DNA from: a virus
Taxonomy: Duplodnaviria; Caudoviricetes
Length of the DNA: 34,627 bases
Direction: 5' to 3' (one strand)
IMG/VR virus record: IMGVR_UViG_3300011335_000085
Span: 1-34,627 of that record
The translations under genes and the position numbers were made by a program. Below the pieces are notes generated by a model. The model ran no database searches, was not told the DNA's origin, and was given only the letters and a program-made list of their open reading frames with translations. Shown in pieces: positions 34,084 through 34,627 of the stretch (the first letter of the stretch is position 1; every line of letters begins with the position of its first letter).

Positions 34084-34627
34084 ATGGCATACGCCAATAG
34101 TAATTACTCAGACGTTTTGGCAACCACCATTGAATCGCGTTCGGGCATCGTTGCCGATAACGTGACCAAAAACAATGCGTTGCTGACTCGCCTGCGTGAG
34201 AAAGGCCGTTACAAGCCTTTCACAGGTGGTTCGACCATTCTGCAAGAATTGTCATTCCAAGCAAACTCAACAGCCATGTACTACTCAGGCGCTGAAGTAT
34301 TGAACATCTCCCCAGCGGATGTGATCAGTGCGGCTCAGTTCCCGATTAAACAGGCAGCCGTAGCAGTCACTATCAATGGTTTGGAAATGCTCCAAAACAG
34401 TGGCGAAGAACAGATCATCGATTTGTTTGACGCACGTTTGGACGTTGCCGAGGCATCCATTGAGAACTTGATCTCTACTGGTATTTATTCTGACGGTACA
34501 GCCAACAACGGCAAGCAGATCACTGGTCTGCAAGCTATGGTGGTTGCGTCTCCATCCACCGGCGTGGTTGGCGGCATCGACCGTGCCACTTGGTCATTCT
34601 GGCAAAACCAGACTTTTGACTTTTCTA
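34084..34627 (+). CDS. Major capsid protein, N-terminal part (not in the ORF track; continues at the window start)
   Basis: RBS AAGGGG; MAYANSNYSDVLATTIESRSGIVADNVTKNNALL... open to the window end. Confidence 0.85.
   Translation, partial: MAYANSNYSDVLATTIESRSGIVADNVTKNNALLTRLREKGRYKPFTGGSTILQELSFQANSTAMYYSGAEVLNISPADVISAAQFPIKQAAVAVTINGLEMLQNSGEEQIIDLFDARLDVAEASIENLISTGIYSDGTANNGKQITGLQAMVVASPSTGVVGGIDRATWSFWQNQTFDFS
34501..34627. repeat. Direct terminal repeat, copy 2
   Basis: Identical to 1-127. Confidence 0.97.

Noticed and set aside
34501-34627. Biological direct terminal repeat of the virion DNA
   Set aside because: It lies inside the capsid gene and its length matches a common assembler k-mer, so it is best explained as an assembly overlap

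Overview
The window is a complete, circularly closed ~34.5-kb tailed-phage genome: bases 1-127 repeat exactly at 34501-34627, and the major capsid gene runs across the junction. The gene content is podovirus-like. It includes terminase, a long portal, scaffold, capsid, tail adaptor and nozzle, ejection proteins and two fibres. The lysis cassette has a holin-like protein, a nested spanin pair and an M15 endolysin, which implies a Gram-negative host. A leftward early operon carries ERF, YqaJ exonuclease, an SSB-like protein, an HNH and small cassette genes; a rightward Cro / replication / nin-like operon follows. I see no integrase, CI repressor, DNA polymerase, helicase, tRNA or CRISPR. The most unusual elements are: (1) a Maf/DUF115-like glycosyltransferase plus methyltransferase cassette inside the virion operon, a candidate virion-glycosylation system; (2) a C5 DNA methyltransferase whose motifs are split between two fully overlapping reading frames; (3) several promoter-associated structured RNAs, including a pseudoknot/attenuator-like RNA after cro and a ~40-nt RNA with an anti-Shine-Dalgarno sequence. 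All product calls come from motif recognition and gene order, not from database searches.
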